A stretch of 63,920 nt of DNA, filler included, from Theionarchaea archaeon (GTDB taxonomy: Archaea; Methanobacteriota_B; Thermococci; Methanofastidiosales; SZ-28-30): NCBI GenBank assembly GCA_018992565.1. It is 5 parts of 5 records of this genome, joined end to end, with 100 filler letters (N's around TTAATTAATTAA, not from the genome) between each part and the next. Parts side by side here need not be neighbours in the genome. Positions count along the whole stretch, not along the records: positions 26,633 to 39,376 come from JACVGW010000076.1; positions 39,477 to 52,122 come from JACVGW010000077.1; 3 more parts are not named here. One strand, written 5' to 3'. The position numbers and the translations under genes are program-made. A model generated the notes under the pieces. That model saw nothing but the letters and a program-made list of their open reading frames with translations, was not told the origin of the DNA and searched no databases. Below are positions 37,666-49,914 of this stretch, one piece after another. Position 1 is the stretch's first letter; every line of letters begins with the position of its first letter.

Positions 37666-39376
37666 TCATTCTTCTCCTAAGACCAGAAATTCCTTCTCTA
37701 TCATCCTGTATTCCTTATCTGAGATTGCCCCTACATGGAGAGGTAGAATCAATCTCGAATGATTCACCACCACAATGTCCTTGAGGTCATGCAGGAATTT
37801 CAGCACTGGTATGAACCCTATCTGGGTTGTAAGGTATTCCACTCCGTCCAGCAAGACCACAGATTCTTCACATTTTCGGGTAAAATCCTGTATAATGTAG
37901 CTTAATTTGGAAAGATCATCAGGATTTAATGTCTTTTCCATTTCGGATCGAGAAAGCCACAGCATTGGAGTTTTCACCAGGTTATATTTTGTCCGTATCT
38001 TCTCCGGGTATTCCCGGGAAATTACAAATCCAGGTATCCCATGGGTGACCATATCACTGAATATGTCAAAAGAGCGATCTGGTCTCTTTTCTTTGACAAT
38101 GTATCCCTCTGAAGGGTCCAGCCAGTGTTTTATCTCTGTGGTCAAGACCTTCTCTGCCACGGGTTCAACAAGCAGCCTCGTCCTGTCAATGAAGGCGGCA
38201 CACATGCTTGCCAGAATTTCTAGGTCTTTGAGATCTTCCTCAGTGATTACGTTGTCATCCCCCAGGATACCCACTGCCAGTGCAGCAAAGGCTTCATCCT
38301 GGACCACAATGGGGACCCATGCAAAGGAGGTAGTCTCAGACTCGAATTCCTTGTTTTTTGCCTGGTTAGCATCCTTATAGTGTATAGATGTCTTTTCCAG
38401 AACGCATTTGACTCCGTAGTACTCCTCTTCTTTCAGTGACAGTGAGGTACCAACCTCGGGGAGGCTCGGTCCCCTCCCTGAATGGAAAACCAGTCTCTTA
38501 CGTGATGGATCAACAAGAAATATACCCACTTTGTCGAATCCAAGCTGAGTCATGCTTTCAACGATCTGCTGTAAGCCCACTTCCCAGCTCTTTTCTCCCT
38601 GGAGCTCATCTCGTGTTTGAAGGAAGATTTCGGTGCGCCGCGATCTCTCTTCAATTCTCCTTTCCAGTTCCTGGTTGAACTCCCGTATCTGTTCTTCTGC
38701 TGTTTTCCGTTCTGTAATATCTATGATGCTGGTCTGCACTGCAGGCTTGCCGTCAAACTCAGTGCGAACGGCAAACTGCTCTATCCACCTGACTGCGCCA
38801 TCTTTCCGGATGACACGCAGCTCGTAACGGGGAGGCACAGGTCCTCCTTTCAGCCTCTCCTGATGTCGTTCCCAGACCATGGCCTGATCACCAGGATGAA
38901 TAGTGGCTTTCACCTGTTCCGGGCTCATTGAGAGTAATTCTTCAGGTTTGTAGCCAACGATTTCTGCAAAAGCAGGATTGACAAAGACATAACGATACCC
39001 CTGAGTGACAATGATTCCCTGCAGGGAGTGATCAACCAGGAAGCGATAATTTGCTTCTGATTCTTTCAACTTCTTCTCAGCCTCCTTGCGCTCAGTAATG
39101 TCCCGGGCGACTCCCCGAAATCCTGTGGGTTCTCCTGTAGGGCCTTTCATGAGAGATACAGAAGCTTCTACAGCCCGTGTAGAACCATCTTTCCTTGTAA
39201 TCTCCCAGTCAAAAGCACGAGTTGGAATCCCAGTTTTATAGACTTTGTTGAATGTCTCGTATACCGTGCGTGCAGTCTCACTATCCATGTACTCCCTGTT
39301 GTTCATCCCCATGAGCTCATCTCTTTCATATCCCAGCATCCTGCACAGTGAATCATTGAAAAACGTGAAGTTGCCC
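37666..39376 (-). CDS. PAS-PAS-GAF-DUF835 sensory protein (5' truncated)
   Basis: RDITERK/DITERK PAC ends, a GAF segment, and DUF835 motifs ISREYPEK, LWLS, VVLLDGVEYL. Confidence 0.9.
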
Positions 39377-39476
39377 NNNNNNNNNNNNNNNNNNNNNNNN
39401 NNNNNNNNNNNNNNNNNNNNTTAATTAATTAANNNNNNNNNNNNNNNNNNNNNNNNNNNNNNNNNNNNNNNNNNNN
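39377..39476. other. Artificial scaffold linker
   Basis: N44-TTAATTAATTAA-N44. Confidence 0.98.
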
Positions 39477-39599
39477 GACATTTTTGCCCGAGAAAAGGCA
39501 GTGGAATCCCGGCTAAAGCGGCTTGAAAATTATGTTAAACTGGAGAAATTGGACCGGTTGCTTGAGAGAATAAAGAAAGAGGAGAAGAAAATAAGGTGA
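39477..39599 (+). CDS. 3' end of a coiled-coil protein (DIFAREKAVESRLKRLENYVKLEKLDRLLERIKKEEKKIR)
   Basis: Open frame from the scaffold edge to a TGA 4 nt before the next ATG. Confidence 0.6.
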   Translation, partial: DIFAREKAVESRLKRLENYVKLEKLDRLLERIKKEEKKIR

Positions 39600-39603
39600 A
39601 TCC

Positions 39604-39912
39604 ATGTATCCTACCACCACGAGAACAAGGCTGGGAGATTCTCCCTATGTGAGGAAAGTATACGAATTGCCTTCATCACTGGAAAATAGAATTCCCACCT
39701 TCGAAAAGACGCTGGATGTGTACTTCGATGCTCATTTTGAGGAGATCATCAGCGAGTGGCAGTTGCTGACGGATCATGACCTGCATGACCTGGAATCACG
39801 ACTTGACACTGTCACAAGAGAGATAACAGCATTGTACACACAGAAATCTGATCTGGAAAAGAGAGCTGAAGCCTTGAAAAAGGAACTTGAGAAGTTGGAG
39901 GGGTCACCATGA
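39604..39912 (+). CDS. Small coiled-coil protein, paralog 1
   Basis: LDVYFDAHFEEIISEWQL plus heptad tail. Confidence 0.8.
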   Translation: MYPTTTRTRLGDSPYVRKVYELPSSLENRIPTFEKTLDVYFDAHFEEIISEWQLLTDHDLHDLESRLDTVTREITALYTQKSDLEKRAEALKKELEKLEGSP

Positions 39913-40133
39913 GGCTGGTTGATGATTATATTGACGAATACATTGATCGCAACATGGAATACCTCATTAAGGAATGGAACCTGGCGTCTGCGAGAGATAT
40001 CAGGGGGTTTTCTCATCGGATACAGGAATTGGAAGGTAGTGTCGATCCTGTAAAGGATTTTTGTACCCAGGCATCCCAGAGACTCAGTGAGCTTGAAGCG
40101 CGCCTCAAAACACTGAAGGAGGGTTCCCCATGA
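39909..40133 (+). CDS. Small coiled-coil protein, paralog 2
   Basis: IDEYIDRNMEYLIKEWNL. ATGA overlaps on both sides. Confidence 0.8.
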   Translation: MRLVDDYIDEYIDRNMEYLIKEWNLASARDIRGFSHRIQELEGSVDPVKDFCTQASQRLSELEARLKTLKEGSP

Positions 40134-40492
40134 CAGCAGCTGAAGTCCTGCTCTTCCTCATCATCCTGGGTATTGTCTTCGTTATTGTGTACTACTTCCT
40201 GAGAGGTTCCTCAGGAAGAGTGGAACTTACCCGGCCCATTGAGAGTCGCATTGACGAATACCTTGATCAGAGATTCGAAACCCTCATGGCAGAATGGAGA
40301 CTGGTCAGCAGATCCAGAGTCAGGCGGTTTGAAAGTGAGAACACCCCTCAACTTCAGGAAGATGAATCTCGCGTAGCTGAGCTCAAGGCCTTTGAATCGC
40401 AGATGAAGGCCACCCTCGATAGCCTGGAGGAAAGACTTGATGTCCTTGAAAAGGAAATGGCCAAACCGGGAAAAGGAAAATCCAAAAAGTGA
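40130..40492 (+). CDS. Membrane-anchored coiled-coil protein, paralog 3
   Basis: N-terminal TM, then IDEYLDQRFETLMAEWRL. Confidence 0.8.
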   Translation: MTAAEVLLFLIILGIVFVIVYYFLRGSSGRVELTRPIESRIDEYLDQRFETLMAEWRLVSRSRVRRFESENTPQLQEDESRVAELKAFESQMKATLDSLEERLDVLEKEMAKPGKGKSKK

Positions 40493-40739
40493 GTCTGATC
40501 TTTACACTCAGTTGAAAAGTGAGATTCAGATGGTCAGGGGGCAGGGCGAACCTCCTCAGAAGAACCCTTTGACCTTTTCCCAGTATCTATGTGATCTGTG
40601 CAGCACATCTCACACTATTTCAGCCCTCAAGCAGTGTGCGGTATGTGGCAGATGGGCATGTCCAGACTGCTGGACTGACGCATACTACGTATGCGACTCC
40701 TGCGGTGGGATTATTGCTCTGAAGAGCATAAAGCTTTAA
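40440..40739 (+). CDS. Zinc-finger protein with four CxxC pairs (start uncertain)
   Basis: CDLC, CAVC, CPDC, CDSC. Confidence 0.75.
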   Translation: MSLKRKWPNREKENPKSESDLYTQLKSEIQMVRGQGEPPQKNPLTFSQYLCDLCSTSHTISALKQCAVCGRWACPDCWTDAYYVCDSCGGIIALKSIKL

Positions 40740-40762
40740 ATAGTCTGAAGGAAGCGGTATTC

Positions 40763-41242
40763 ATGGAAGAATCTTTTGAACTGGCCGACCGATGGGAACG
40801 GATTGCCAAACGGTATGAAGAAGATAACTTCCTGCTGGAAAAACAGCTGGTAGAAACGAAAATTGAACGCGACCAGTGGAAGAAACAGTATGAAAGTGAA
40901 AAGAAGAAGAGCTGGGGTTGGGCTCTGGCTCTGCTTTCTGTGCTACTTATTCTCTCCACAGCCGGGCTTGCTTACTTTGCCACTGAATATGATCGACTGA
41001 CCAAGGAGAACCGGAGCCTGCAGTCTCAATTGGACGCAGAACAGCAGGCTCGCATATCACTTGAAACAGATTTGTACGCCAAGATTGACCAGCTTGAGGC
41101 CGAAGTTGCAACACTGGAGTCAGAAAACGCAGTGTATGAGTCTCAAGTAACGCAGCTTCAACAAGAAGTTGATGATAAGAAAAAGCTCGTTGAAGAGCTA
41201 CAAAAAATCATTAAAAATCTGCGGGAGGAGGAGCCTTCGTGA
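40763..41242 (+). CDS. Coiled-coil protein with central TM helix
   Basis: WGWALALLSVLLILSTAGLAYF flanked by heptad repeats. Confidence 0.75.
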   Translation: MEESFELADRWERIAKRYEEDNFLLEKQLVETKIERDQWKKQYESEKKKSWGWALALLSVLLILSTAGLAYFATEYDRLTKENRSLQSQLDAEQQARISLETDLYAKIDQLEAEVATLESENAVYESQVTQLQQEVDDKKKLVEELQKIIKNLREEEPS

Positions 41243-42635
41243 GGAACTGGTGTCTCTTCCTCAGAATCTGGTAGGCAAAAGCAAGATCCTCTGGTTTGTC
41301 AAAATTGAGTACGAATACTTTTTGGAACTTATCTCTGATAATTCTTGCCAGCTCGCCTCCTACGCTGGCTATTATCACGGGTTTCCCATATTCCACCATG
41401 AGGCGGGCTGTATCCTTCACTAGTTCTTCTCGCAGCGATGCCGGCTCAAAAGAAGGAATACTCAGAATGCAGTCTACATTGTTTTCTGAAAGAAGGGTTT
41501 CCATGACTTTGCAGTAGGTTTCTGAAGAAGCGTCTCCCACAATATCCAGAGGGTTAGTGACGGTTACATTGGGGGGGAGAATTTTCTCCAGCTCAGATAC
41601 CACACCAGGTGACAGTACACTGAGAGTCGATTCAGGCACCTGATACTGACGCAGTGATTCAGCCAGGAGCACCTTGAACCCACCTGCGTTGGTGATGCCC
41701 ACGCAGAAAAAGTGATCTCTGTTGAGGAAGCGATCCGAAACCATAGAATGCGTCATTATGGCAGCACAAAACTCCCCGTAGTTACGAGCTCTGTTCACGT
41801 GAACCTGCTTCAGAGCACCATCCAGGATAGCATCATTGGTTGCCACACTGCCGGTGTGAGTGAGAGCAGCTTTGGACGCAAGTTCGCTTCCGGGTTTGAG
41901 GATGACTACGGGTTTCTTCTCGTTGAGGCTCCGAGCAGCTTCCATAAACCGTCTGCCGTTTCTGATACCTTCAACATAGACCCCAACAACATCGCATTCC
42001 ATGTCTTTCTGGAAGTACTCCATAAAATCAGTAGCCACCAGATCAATGCCATTTCCATAATTAACCAACTTATTCAATCCCAATCCCTGTTCTTCCAACC
42101 AGGCTGTGAGTAATCCTGAAACTGAGCCTGATTCACTGATAATGTTAATGTTACCCCTGGGGGGGATGGGCATGCCTTCAAGGGAAAAGGGACTGTACTC
42201 TGGAAGAAAAGTACTGTTAATAAAAGGGATATTCAATACACCAATGCAGTTAGGTCCTACGATTCTCATCCCACTCTTTCTTGCTGCCTCCGCGATTTTC
42301 TGCTCCAAGAGCTTACCTTCTTTGAAGCGGGCTGCTTCACCAAAGCGCGATGTCACAATAATGAGGAACTTGACTTTTGCTTCTGCACACTCTCGTGTGA
42401 TCTGCAGCGTGTTGTCAGGACCTACCACAGAGATCGCCACATCAACACTCTCTGGTATGTCGCGGACTGAACGGTACACTCTACAACCCATGACATCATC
42501 ATAAACAGGGTGGACTGGATATAATTCAGCTTTGAGATGAATGTTGTTTTGCATGACATGATATCCCAGGCTTCCTTCTTTGAGGGAAGCTCCAATCACA
42601 GCCACTGTCCTCGGATAAAACAGATCATTCAACAT
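41211..42635 (-). CDS. ADP-forming acyl-CoA synthetase alpha subunit (AcdA-like)
   Basis: Motifs VAVIGAS, RIVGPNCIG, SESGS, YVEG, ALTHTGS (phospho-His), TNAGG and NPLDIVGD. Confidence 0.88.
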   Translation of the reverse strand: MLNDLFYPRTVAVIGASLKEGSLGYHVMQNNIHLKAELYPVHPVYDDVMGCRVYRSVRDIPESVDVAISVVGPDNTLQITRECAEAKVKFLIIVTSRFGEAARFKEGKLLEQKIAEAARKSGMRIVGPNCIGVLNIPFINSTFLPEYSPFSLEGMPIPPRGNINIISESGSVSGLLTAWLEEQGLGLNKLVNYGNGIDLVATDFMEYFQKDMECDVVGVYVEGIRNGRRFMEAARSLNEKKPVVILKPGSELASKAALTHTGSVATNDAILDGALKQVHVNRARNYGEFCAAIMTHSMVSDRFLNRDHFFCVGITNAGGFKVLLAESLRQYQVPESTLSVLSPGVVSELEKILPPNVTVTNPLDIVGDASSETYCKVMETLLSENNVDCILSIPSFEPASLREELVKDTARLMVEYGKPVIIASVGGELARIIRDKFQKVFVLNFDKPEDLAFAYQILRKRHQFLTKAPPPADF

Positions 42636-43038
42636 GAAGTAATAAGGAGAGCAGGCTTTATAAGAATAAGGAGCTTTCTGTGGCGTACACGACTTTTCCT
42701 ATCAAATATTGATAAATCTCAGACGGGATTACAGTATGATCTAAAAAAACAAAAAAGGAAAGAAAGTCCCTCTTTCCGGGGGACATCTTTCACCTCCCTT
42801 CGAGACCAGCTTCCATGTGTGTATCTCCTGTCCTCCTCTTGTTTGAAGGAGTATATAAATCTTTCGGTTACAGAGTTATTGAATGTTGTAAATATTACTG
42901 TAACCCTGCTACTTTTTTCGAAACTCGGTGGATAAAATAGTGTTCTCACTGAAGAAAAGCTTATTGAGTCTGATGAGATATTACCTAAAAAATTAGAAAA
43001 AATCAGTACTTTAGATAGCAGAAAAGAAGACTTCTATG

Positions 43039-44322
43039 CTAACCGAGCAGAACATCCACAATGCTGGCCGTTGATTGGTCCACATATTTGACCACCACAG
43101 TCACAGGCTGTATTGTCTGTTCCTGTCCCATGAAGATCCAGAGGAGAAGTTTATCCAGCTCAGTGAGCAGCTCCTGTCCCTCAGCTCCTTCCTTGAGGAT
43201 CTGCTTCAGCTTCAGCCCTGCCGCATACGTTCCTTCCCGCGCATTTCCTGCAATAACCAGCATACACAGCCTCTTATCCCCTCCCGTAATGGTGTGGATG
43301 GCGGAATCATCCAGCCTGCTGAACATGGGGATAAGGGCAATTATGCCGTACTCTGAATCCTTGTAGGAGAATCCGCTTGGTTCCTGAATGAACCATTTGT
43401 TGGCCAGGTTTCTGTCTTCTATGAACTTGGTGGACAAGCTGGAATTGTAGCGCAGCATAGATGCGTTGACTTCCGGTCCTCCCACAATAACAGTAATAAA
43501 CCCTGATTTCTCCAGGTTCGCATTGTCATTGGCAATCTCCACAGTCTGCAGTTGATCCAGTGTGGTAGCACTGATGGAGGTATACCGGTCTTGAAAATCG
43601 GGAACTTTCTCTGTAATCCGGGGATCTGCCTCTTTGATCCAGGTGAGGAGGGCACTGCGTACCTGGAGGGCAGTGACTCCGTCCATCTGGTTAGCCTCAA
43701 CTCCCACCACAATGACTGAGCCTGGATCGAATTTCACCCCACTCTGCAGGAGAATGGATGCTTTTGGCCTTTCTGTGGTCTTTACTATGATTTCCAAATC
43801 GTCACCAGGCACAGCCTCAAATCGCTGCTCCGGATAGTCTGTGACGATAAGAAAACATGTTCTGTCCATACTCACTTCAAAGTCAAACCGAGAATTGTCA
43901 TCTGTTACTGAAAATCCAATACTCTCATTGCGAAGAGCATCAAAGAACTCAATCACATATCCTGCTCCGGCAGGAGTATCAGTGGAGTTAAAATACAGGA
44001 TGCCCGAGATGTACCCTGTTTCTGATGAGTACAGCACGACCTCATAGCTGGTTGGATAGGGAGGGTTCAGAATTGCCCCATAGCTTTCATATCCATCCTT
44101 ACTGACCACCAGGCTGATGGGCACAGTGTACTGCTGAGGAATATCCATAACAGCTATTCCCTCCGCGTTCGTTTTCTTTTCATCATAAGCCACTTTCACG
44201 TTGGCCCCCTCAATGGGATTTCCATAAATATCGAATACTCGTATAGTAAGAGCGTAGGCTGTAACCGAGTACATACAGGCTATGAGTAGGACTGCAATGA
44301 GTAGCACCTTGAACATTCTCAT
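43039..44322 (-). CDS. Secreted protein with carboxypeptidase-regulatory-like Ig domain and S-layer-like C-terminal domain
   Basis: Signal peptide, GNPIEGANV, VIVGGPEVN, LVIAGNAREGT. Confidence 0.7.
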   Translation of the reverse strand: MRMFKVLLIAVLLIACMYSVTAYALTIRVFDIYGNPIEGANVKVAYDEKKTNAEGIAVMDIPQQYTVPISLVVSKDGYESYGAILNPPYPTSYEVVLYSSETGYISGILYFNSTDTPAGAGYVIEFFDALRNESIGFSVTDDNSRFDFEVSMDRTCFLIVTDYPEQRFEAVPGDDLEIIVKTTERPKASILLQSGVKFDPGSVIVVGVEANQMDGVTALQVRSALLTWIKEADPRITEKVPDFQDRYTSISATTLDQLQTVEIANDNANLEKSGFITVIVGGPEVNASMLRYNSSLSTKFIEDRNLANKWFIQEPSGFSYKDSEYGIIALIPMFSRLDDSAIHTITGGDKRLCMLVIAGNAREGTYAAGLKLKQILKEGAEGQELLTELDKLLLWIFMGQEQTIQPVTVVVKYVDQSTASIVDVLLG

Positions 44323-44506
44323 ACTCTATTCATTGAGAAGACCTTTTTAAACATTACCATGAAACAGGTTACACTGGGGTGGGATTTTTGGTTTTATGGA
44401 GAAGAAATGGGATTATTGGGGAGAAAGGTCTCTCTCTACTGCCAGATGTAATTATGGGCAGAAGGTAGGGCACATCTTTTTATATTGAAAGTCCCTAGTG
44501 AGAATA

Positions 44507-44810
44507 GTGGGCGGTCTGCGGCTTCGGACATATGTCTGAGGAAGTTCTGTCCATGGGGCTGGGACCGTAGCTCCTCTGGAGCCTGGCGAAAGTCAGGGTA
44601 AAGCACAGAAACAACACGGCCACTACCCGATGAGAATGAGACAGCCCATCTGTCGATGAGCGTGGTGGAAGCGGTGAAAAGCTCCCTTACGGTCATGCAA
44701 GACCAAATGTTGCCAATGAATCCCCAGCCAGAGGCAGAGGTAGGTCGCTCAGTGGAATGCCGCAGGTGATCTCCAGATCACATACAGAAGACAGGCTATA
44801 GACCGCCCAC
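44507..44810 (+). ncRNA. rnpB: Archaeal RNase P RNA (type A-like)
   Basis: P1 GTGGGCGGTCT/AGACCGCCCAC. CR-I GAGGAAGTTC, CR-II GCACAGAAA, CR-III GGTGAAA, CR-IV GAATG, CR-V ACAGAA..GGCTAT. TTTATA box about 25 nt upstream. Confidence 0.93.
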
Positions 44811-44931
44811 CACCCATCAGGTTTTTGCGATTCTCGCTATAACGAATCAACAGTCGCACATCTAGCTGTCTGAGGTCACAAATTTTCACAATTTATATAA
44901 ACATGGAAGAACCTAGGAATATGGTGATATC

Positions 44932-45096
44932 ATGGCGTTAACGCCACCCAAGAAAACCACATGGTATCTGTGCATCCTGCTGTGGATCATCGGGGTAATT
45001 GTGGCCTTCGGAATGTCTGAACAGCTATATGGCTCTCTCGTTCTGGCACTTTCAGGGATTATTTCTATTCTAGCAGTGTACTTCAAGAATATGTGA
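44932..45096 (+). CDS. Unannotated 54-aa 2-TM protein MALTPPKKTTWYLCILLWIIG...
   Basis: GGTGA SD, TTTATATAAA at 44892, T-rich tract after the stop. Confidence 0.75.
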   Translation: MALTPPKKTTWYLCILLWIIGVIVAFGMSEQLYGSLVLALSGIISILAVYFKNM

Positions 45097-45239
45097 ATAT
45101 ATATCTTTTTTTAATTTTTTTAGAACTATGCAGACATTCCCTTAGAATACTTGCCTTCAAGATCTGACGACAGTAGCTCACTGCTGCCGGAGTGGAAGTC
45201 GACCAAAGAGTTATAAGGGTTGATCTCTTACCACTGGAC

Positions 45240-46913
45240 ATGAATATTGACCAGATCTTCTCGCAACTTGAGGGGAAGATTGCCAGAGAGGAATTGAATC
45301 AGAAAATACGAGAGAAAATTGATGAATTTAGTGGTTTATTATCCGAGGAAGGGGCGATTTTGATAGTTGCAGCGGATTTAGGAGTGGATCTGAAGCTGGA
45401 ACATCCCCGCGAATTCATGGAAATTAGAAGCCTGAATGTAGGTATGAGCGACGTCTGGCTATGTGCCAGGGTGACGTGCATATCAACTATCAGAGTCTTT
45501 CAGAGGGACAGTGGCATTGGAAAGGTGGCAAATGTGGAAGTCATGGATGAAACAGGGAGCACCCGGGTAGTACTGTGGGATGATCTGGCAGACCTTGCCG
45601 CAAACTTTGTGAAAGGAGAAATTGTTGAAGTGAAAGGCGGATATGTTAAGAAAGGATACAGAGAAGGAGTTGAAATACATCTCTCTCCCTCCAGAAGAGG
45701 CAGTATCGCCAAAATATCCGAGACAGATAAAAATTTACCTGAATGCAAAACTGATTATACCCCTATTGCAGAACTAGAAGAAGAAATGGCAGATGTTGAT
45801 GTCGCTGGAAGAGTATGCCAGTTATTTGGAGTCAGAGAATTTCAGAAGAACGGGGGAACAGGGAAGGTGGCCTCGCTGTCATTGATGGATGACACCGGCG
45901 AAATCAGGCTATGCCTGTGGAATGATAAGGCAGATGTTGCCCAGCGGCTAAAGCGGGGAGATTTGATTGCTGTGGAAGATGGGTATACCAAGATGGGATT
46001 GAATGAGCTTGAACTCCATTCAGGATGGAGAGGACGCATTGTGTTAACCCCTGCTATTACAGTCTCGGAACTGCCTGAAGTGGAGCGAGTCGATCTCATT
46101 GATCTCGAACCTGGTCAGTCGTACAATGTGTCAGGTACGGTCGCTGACCTGGGAGAGAGGCGTTCCTTTGTCAAGAGCGATGGTTCTCCCGGCCAGTTGG
46201 CCAGCTTCACTCTCCAGGACAAGAGTGCAGAGATCCGAGTGGTATTGTGGAATGAGCAGGCAGACATGGTTGATGGACTGGTCCAGGGAATACGCCTCAG
46301 TATTGATAATGGATTTGCCAAAGAGGGAATGCAGGGACTGGAACTTCATGTTTCATCCCTGGGAAGGGTTAAAGTCGAAGAAGAATTTACACCTGAACAG
46401 AAGATCTTCAATGTGAAGAAAGGACCCATTGTCCTGATAGGAAGATATTGTAAAGGAGAGCTCATTGATGAATCTGGAAGAATATGCGCTGACCTTGATA
46501 CTGCTGTGGAAGATGGTCAGCTCATAAAAGTCCAGGGTACCTATGATAGAGAGCTTGCAGTTGAAAGCGTGGAGAAAATCGCTGATGAGTTTCCCTCGCT
46601 CGAATCATTGTTACACCCTTCCCGAAAACGCCTGGCAGACCTTGAGGAAGGAGACTTTGTTGAGGTCTATGCCCTGGTGAAGAGAGTTCTGGAATTCGAC
46701 ACATATACCAGGATCACCATGGATGATGGTTCAGGTGAGGCAACAGGCATCGTTGTTGGAGATGTTAAGGAAGGTGAAGAATATTGCTTCTACACAAGAG
46801 TATATAAACGGGAAGCAGGAGTAGAATGCGTGTGTTATCAATTCCATGCGGTGGAAGCGGAAAAGGAAGCTTTCGATATGATAAAGGAACTAGAAGGACT
46901 AGTGGAGGTTTAG
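45240..46913 (+). CDS. rpa: Replication protein A (multi-OB-fold ssDNA-binding protein)
   Basis: N-terminal [15 protein letters not shown] and repeated OB folds ([36 protein letters not shown]). Confidence 0.88.
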   Translation: MNIDQIFSQLEGKIAREELNQKIREKIDEFSGLLSEEGAILIVAADLGVDLKLEHPREFMEIRSLNVGMSDVWLCARVTCISTIRVFQRDSGIGKVANVEVMDETGSTRVVLWDDLADLAANFVKGEIVEVKGGYVKKGYREGVEIHLSPSRRGSIAKISETDKNLPECKTDYTPIAELEEEMADVDVAGRVCQLFGVREFQKNGGTGKVASLSLMDDTGEIRLCLWNDKADVAQRLKRGDLIAVEDGYTKMGLNELELHSGWRGRIVLTPAITVSELPEVERVDLIDLEPGQSYNVSGTVADLGERRSFVKSDGSPGQLASFTLQDKSAEIRVVLWNEQADMVDGLVQGIRLSIDNGFAKEGMQGLELHVSSLGRVKVEEEFTPEQKIFNVKKGPIVLIGRYCKGELIDESGRICADLDTAVEDGQLIKVQGTYDRELAVESVEKIADEFPSLESLLHPSRKRLADLEEGDFVEVYALVKRVLEFDTYTRITMDDGSGEATGIVVGDVKEGEEYCFYTRVYKREAGVECVCYQFHAVEAEKEAFDMIKELEGLVEV

Positions 46914-46914
46914 A

Positions 46915-47853
46915 ATGCCAGACATTGAAGATTTACCAGGAATTGGTCCCAAGACAGCAGAGAAACTGCGAGAAGCGGGATATGCAACAGTGGAAAAGAT
47001 TGCAGTGAGTTCACCAAAGGATCTCAGCGAATTGGCTGATCTGGGAGAGACTATTGCCACAAAGGTCATCGAGGCCGCCAAGGAAATGGCTGACGTGGGT
47101 GGATTCATAACTGCAGAAGAACTGCAGGAAAAGAGAAAGAGCATCGGACATATCACAACGGGAAGCACAGATTTAAATGACCTCCTGGGAGGCGGCGTGG
47201 AGACACAGGCTATTACTGAGGTATTTGGTGAATTTGGCTCGGGAAAATCCCAGCTAGCCCATCAGTTATGTGTAAATGTCCAGCTTCCCGAGGAAAAGGG
47301 AGGACTGGACGCAGGAGCTATCTTCATTGATACTGAAAATACCTTCAGGCCTCAGCGTATTATCCAGATGGCTGAGGGGCTCCAGCTGGATACTGCTGCT
47401 GTCATGAAGAAAATCAGGGTTGCCCGGGCATTCAATTCCTCACATCAGATTCTTCTGGCGGAAAAATCTGAAGAGCTCCTTCGTCAGGGGGGAATTAGGT
47501 TGCTGGTAGTGGACTCGCTCACTGCTTCTTTCAGGGCAGAATATATCGGAAGAGGTACTCTGGCTGAGAGGCAGCAGTTGCTGAACAAGCACTTGAGGAC
47601 CCTGCATGAGATGGCAGACCTGTATGATGTGGCAGTATTTGTCACCAACCAAGTTTCTGCCAAGCCAGATGCATTCTTTGGAGATCCCAACAAACCCATT
47701 GGGGGACACGTTTTGGGACACTCTGCCACCATGCGCGTTTACCTGAGAAAATCAAAGAAAGGGCAGCGAATCGCCCGTCTGGTAGATTCACCAAATCTGC
47801 CAGAAGGTGAGGCCATCTTTGTGGTGACTGAACAGGGAATAATCGACAAATAG
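46915..47853 (+). CDS. radA: DNA repair/recombination protein RadA
   Basis: Hh[44 protein letters not shown]. Confidence 0.97.
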   Translation: MPDIEDLPGIGPKTAEKLREAGYATVEKIAVSSPKDLSELADLGETIATKVIEAAKEMADVGGFITAEELQEKRKSIGHITTGSTDLNDLLGGGVETQAITEVFGEFGSGKSQLAHQLCVNVQLPEEKGGLDAGAIFIDTENTFRPQRIIQMAEGLQLDTAAVMKKIRVARAFNSSHQILLAEKSEELLRQGGIRLLVVDSLTASFRAEYIGRGTLAERQQLLNKHLRTLHEMADLYDVAVFVTNQVSAKPDAFFGDPNKPIGGHVLGHSATMRVYLRKSKKGQRIARLVDSPNLPEGEAIFVVTEQGIIDK

Positions 47854-47924
47854 TCTCAGTGCAGGCTCGTATACAGGTTTCGTCCAAATATATTTGGAAC
47901 AACACTTATCCCTTCACCTCTTAA

Positions 47925-49217
<1,293 letters not shown>

Positions 49218-49293
49218 CCTGCAGAATGCAGTCTCATCCCCTGCCCAATAAATCAGGGGATACCTTTTTAACACCATAGAGTACATCCATACT

Positions 49294-49914
49294 ATGGAAA
49301 TCGGGCCTATAGACATGCTGATGTCATTGGTCTTTGCCCGTGAAGTAGACCCTTGGAATATTGATATTGTAGAGCTGACGGAGAAATATCTGGAACAGAT
49401 ACAAAGGGCAGAAGAGTTGGATTTACGATTATCGGGAAAAACCTACCTAGTTGCCACCATTCTCCTCAGAATGCAATCTGAGTCCTTTTTCATTGAAGAA
49501 AAGGAAGATGAAGAGGAAGAGGAAGAGGAACTCGACTTTGAACCTTCCCCCATTCTACCCCCCTTGAGACGAAGAAGTGGGAAGATCACTCTTCCGGAAT
49601 TACTGAATGCCCTGCTCACGGTACTGGAAGAACGAGAGAAACGAAAAGACAAGCCCAAGAAACTCCCTGAACGTCATGTGGTCCGTGTAGATATATACAG
49701 GGTAGATATCAAAAAATATGTAGATGAGTTGTTTCTACGAATCAAAATGATAGCGAGTGGTGAGATCATTACCTTCTCCCAATTGCTCATAGACAAATCG
49801 CCCTTATTTATAGCACGAACATTTTTATACCTGTTGTTCTTAGAGATGAACCAAAGAGTAGAAATCTGGCAAGAAGCAGAATTCGGTGAAATCTATATCA
49901 AGGTGATAACGTGA
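49294..49914 (+). CDS. scpA: Segregation/condensation protein A (kleisin)
   Basis: DPWNIDIVELTEKY, ATILLRMQS, TFLYLLFL, QEAEFGEIYI. Confidence 0.88.
   Translation: MEIGPIDMLMSLVFAREVDPWNIDIVELTEKYLEQIQRAEELDLRLSGKTYLVATILLRMQSESFFIEEKEDEEEEEEELDFEPSPILPPLRRRSGKITLPELLNALLTVLEEREKRKDKPKKLPERHVVRVDIYRVDIKKYVDELFLRIKMIASGEIITFSQLLIDKSPLFIARTFLYLLFLEMNQRVEIWQEAEFGEIYIKVIT

Noticed and set aside
42537..42949. ORFs in the AT-rich region upstream of the acyl-CoA synthetase
   Set aside because: Low-complexity promoter/terminator-like sequence that is not protein-like.
44436..44696. 86-aa minus-strand ORF
   Set aside because: Antisense to the RNase P RNA and not protein-like.
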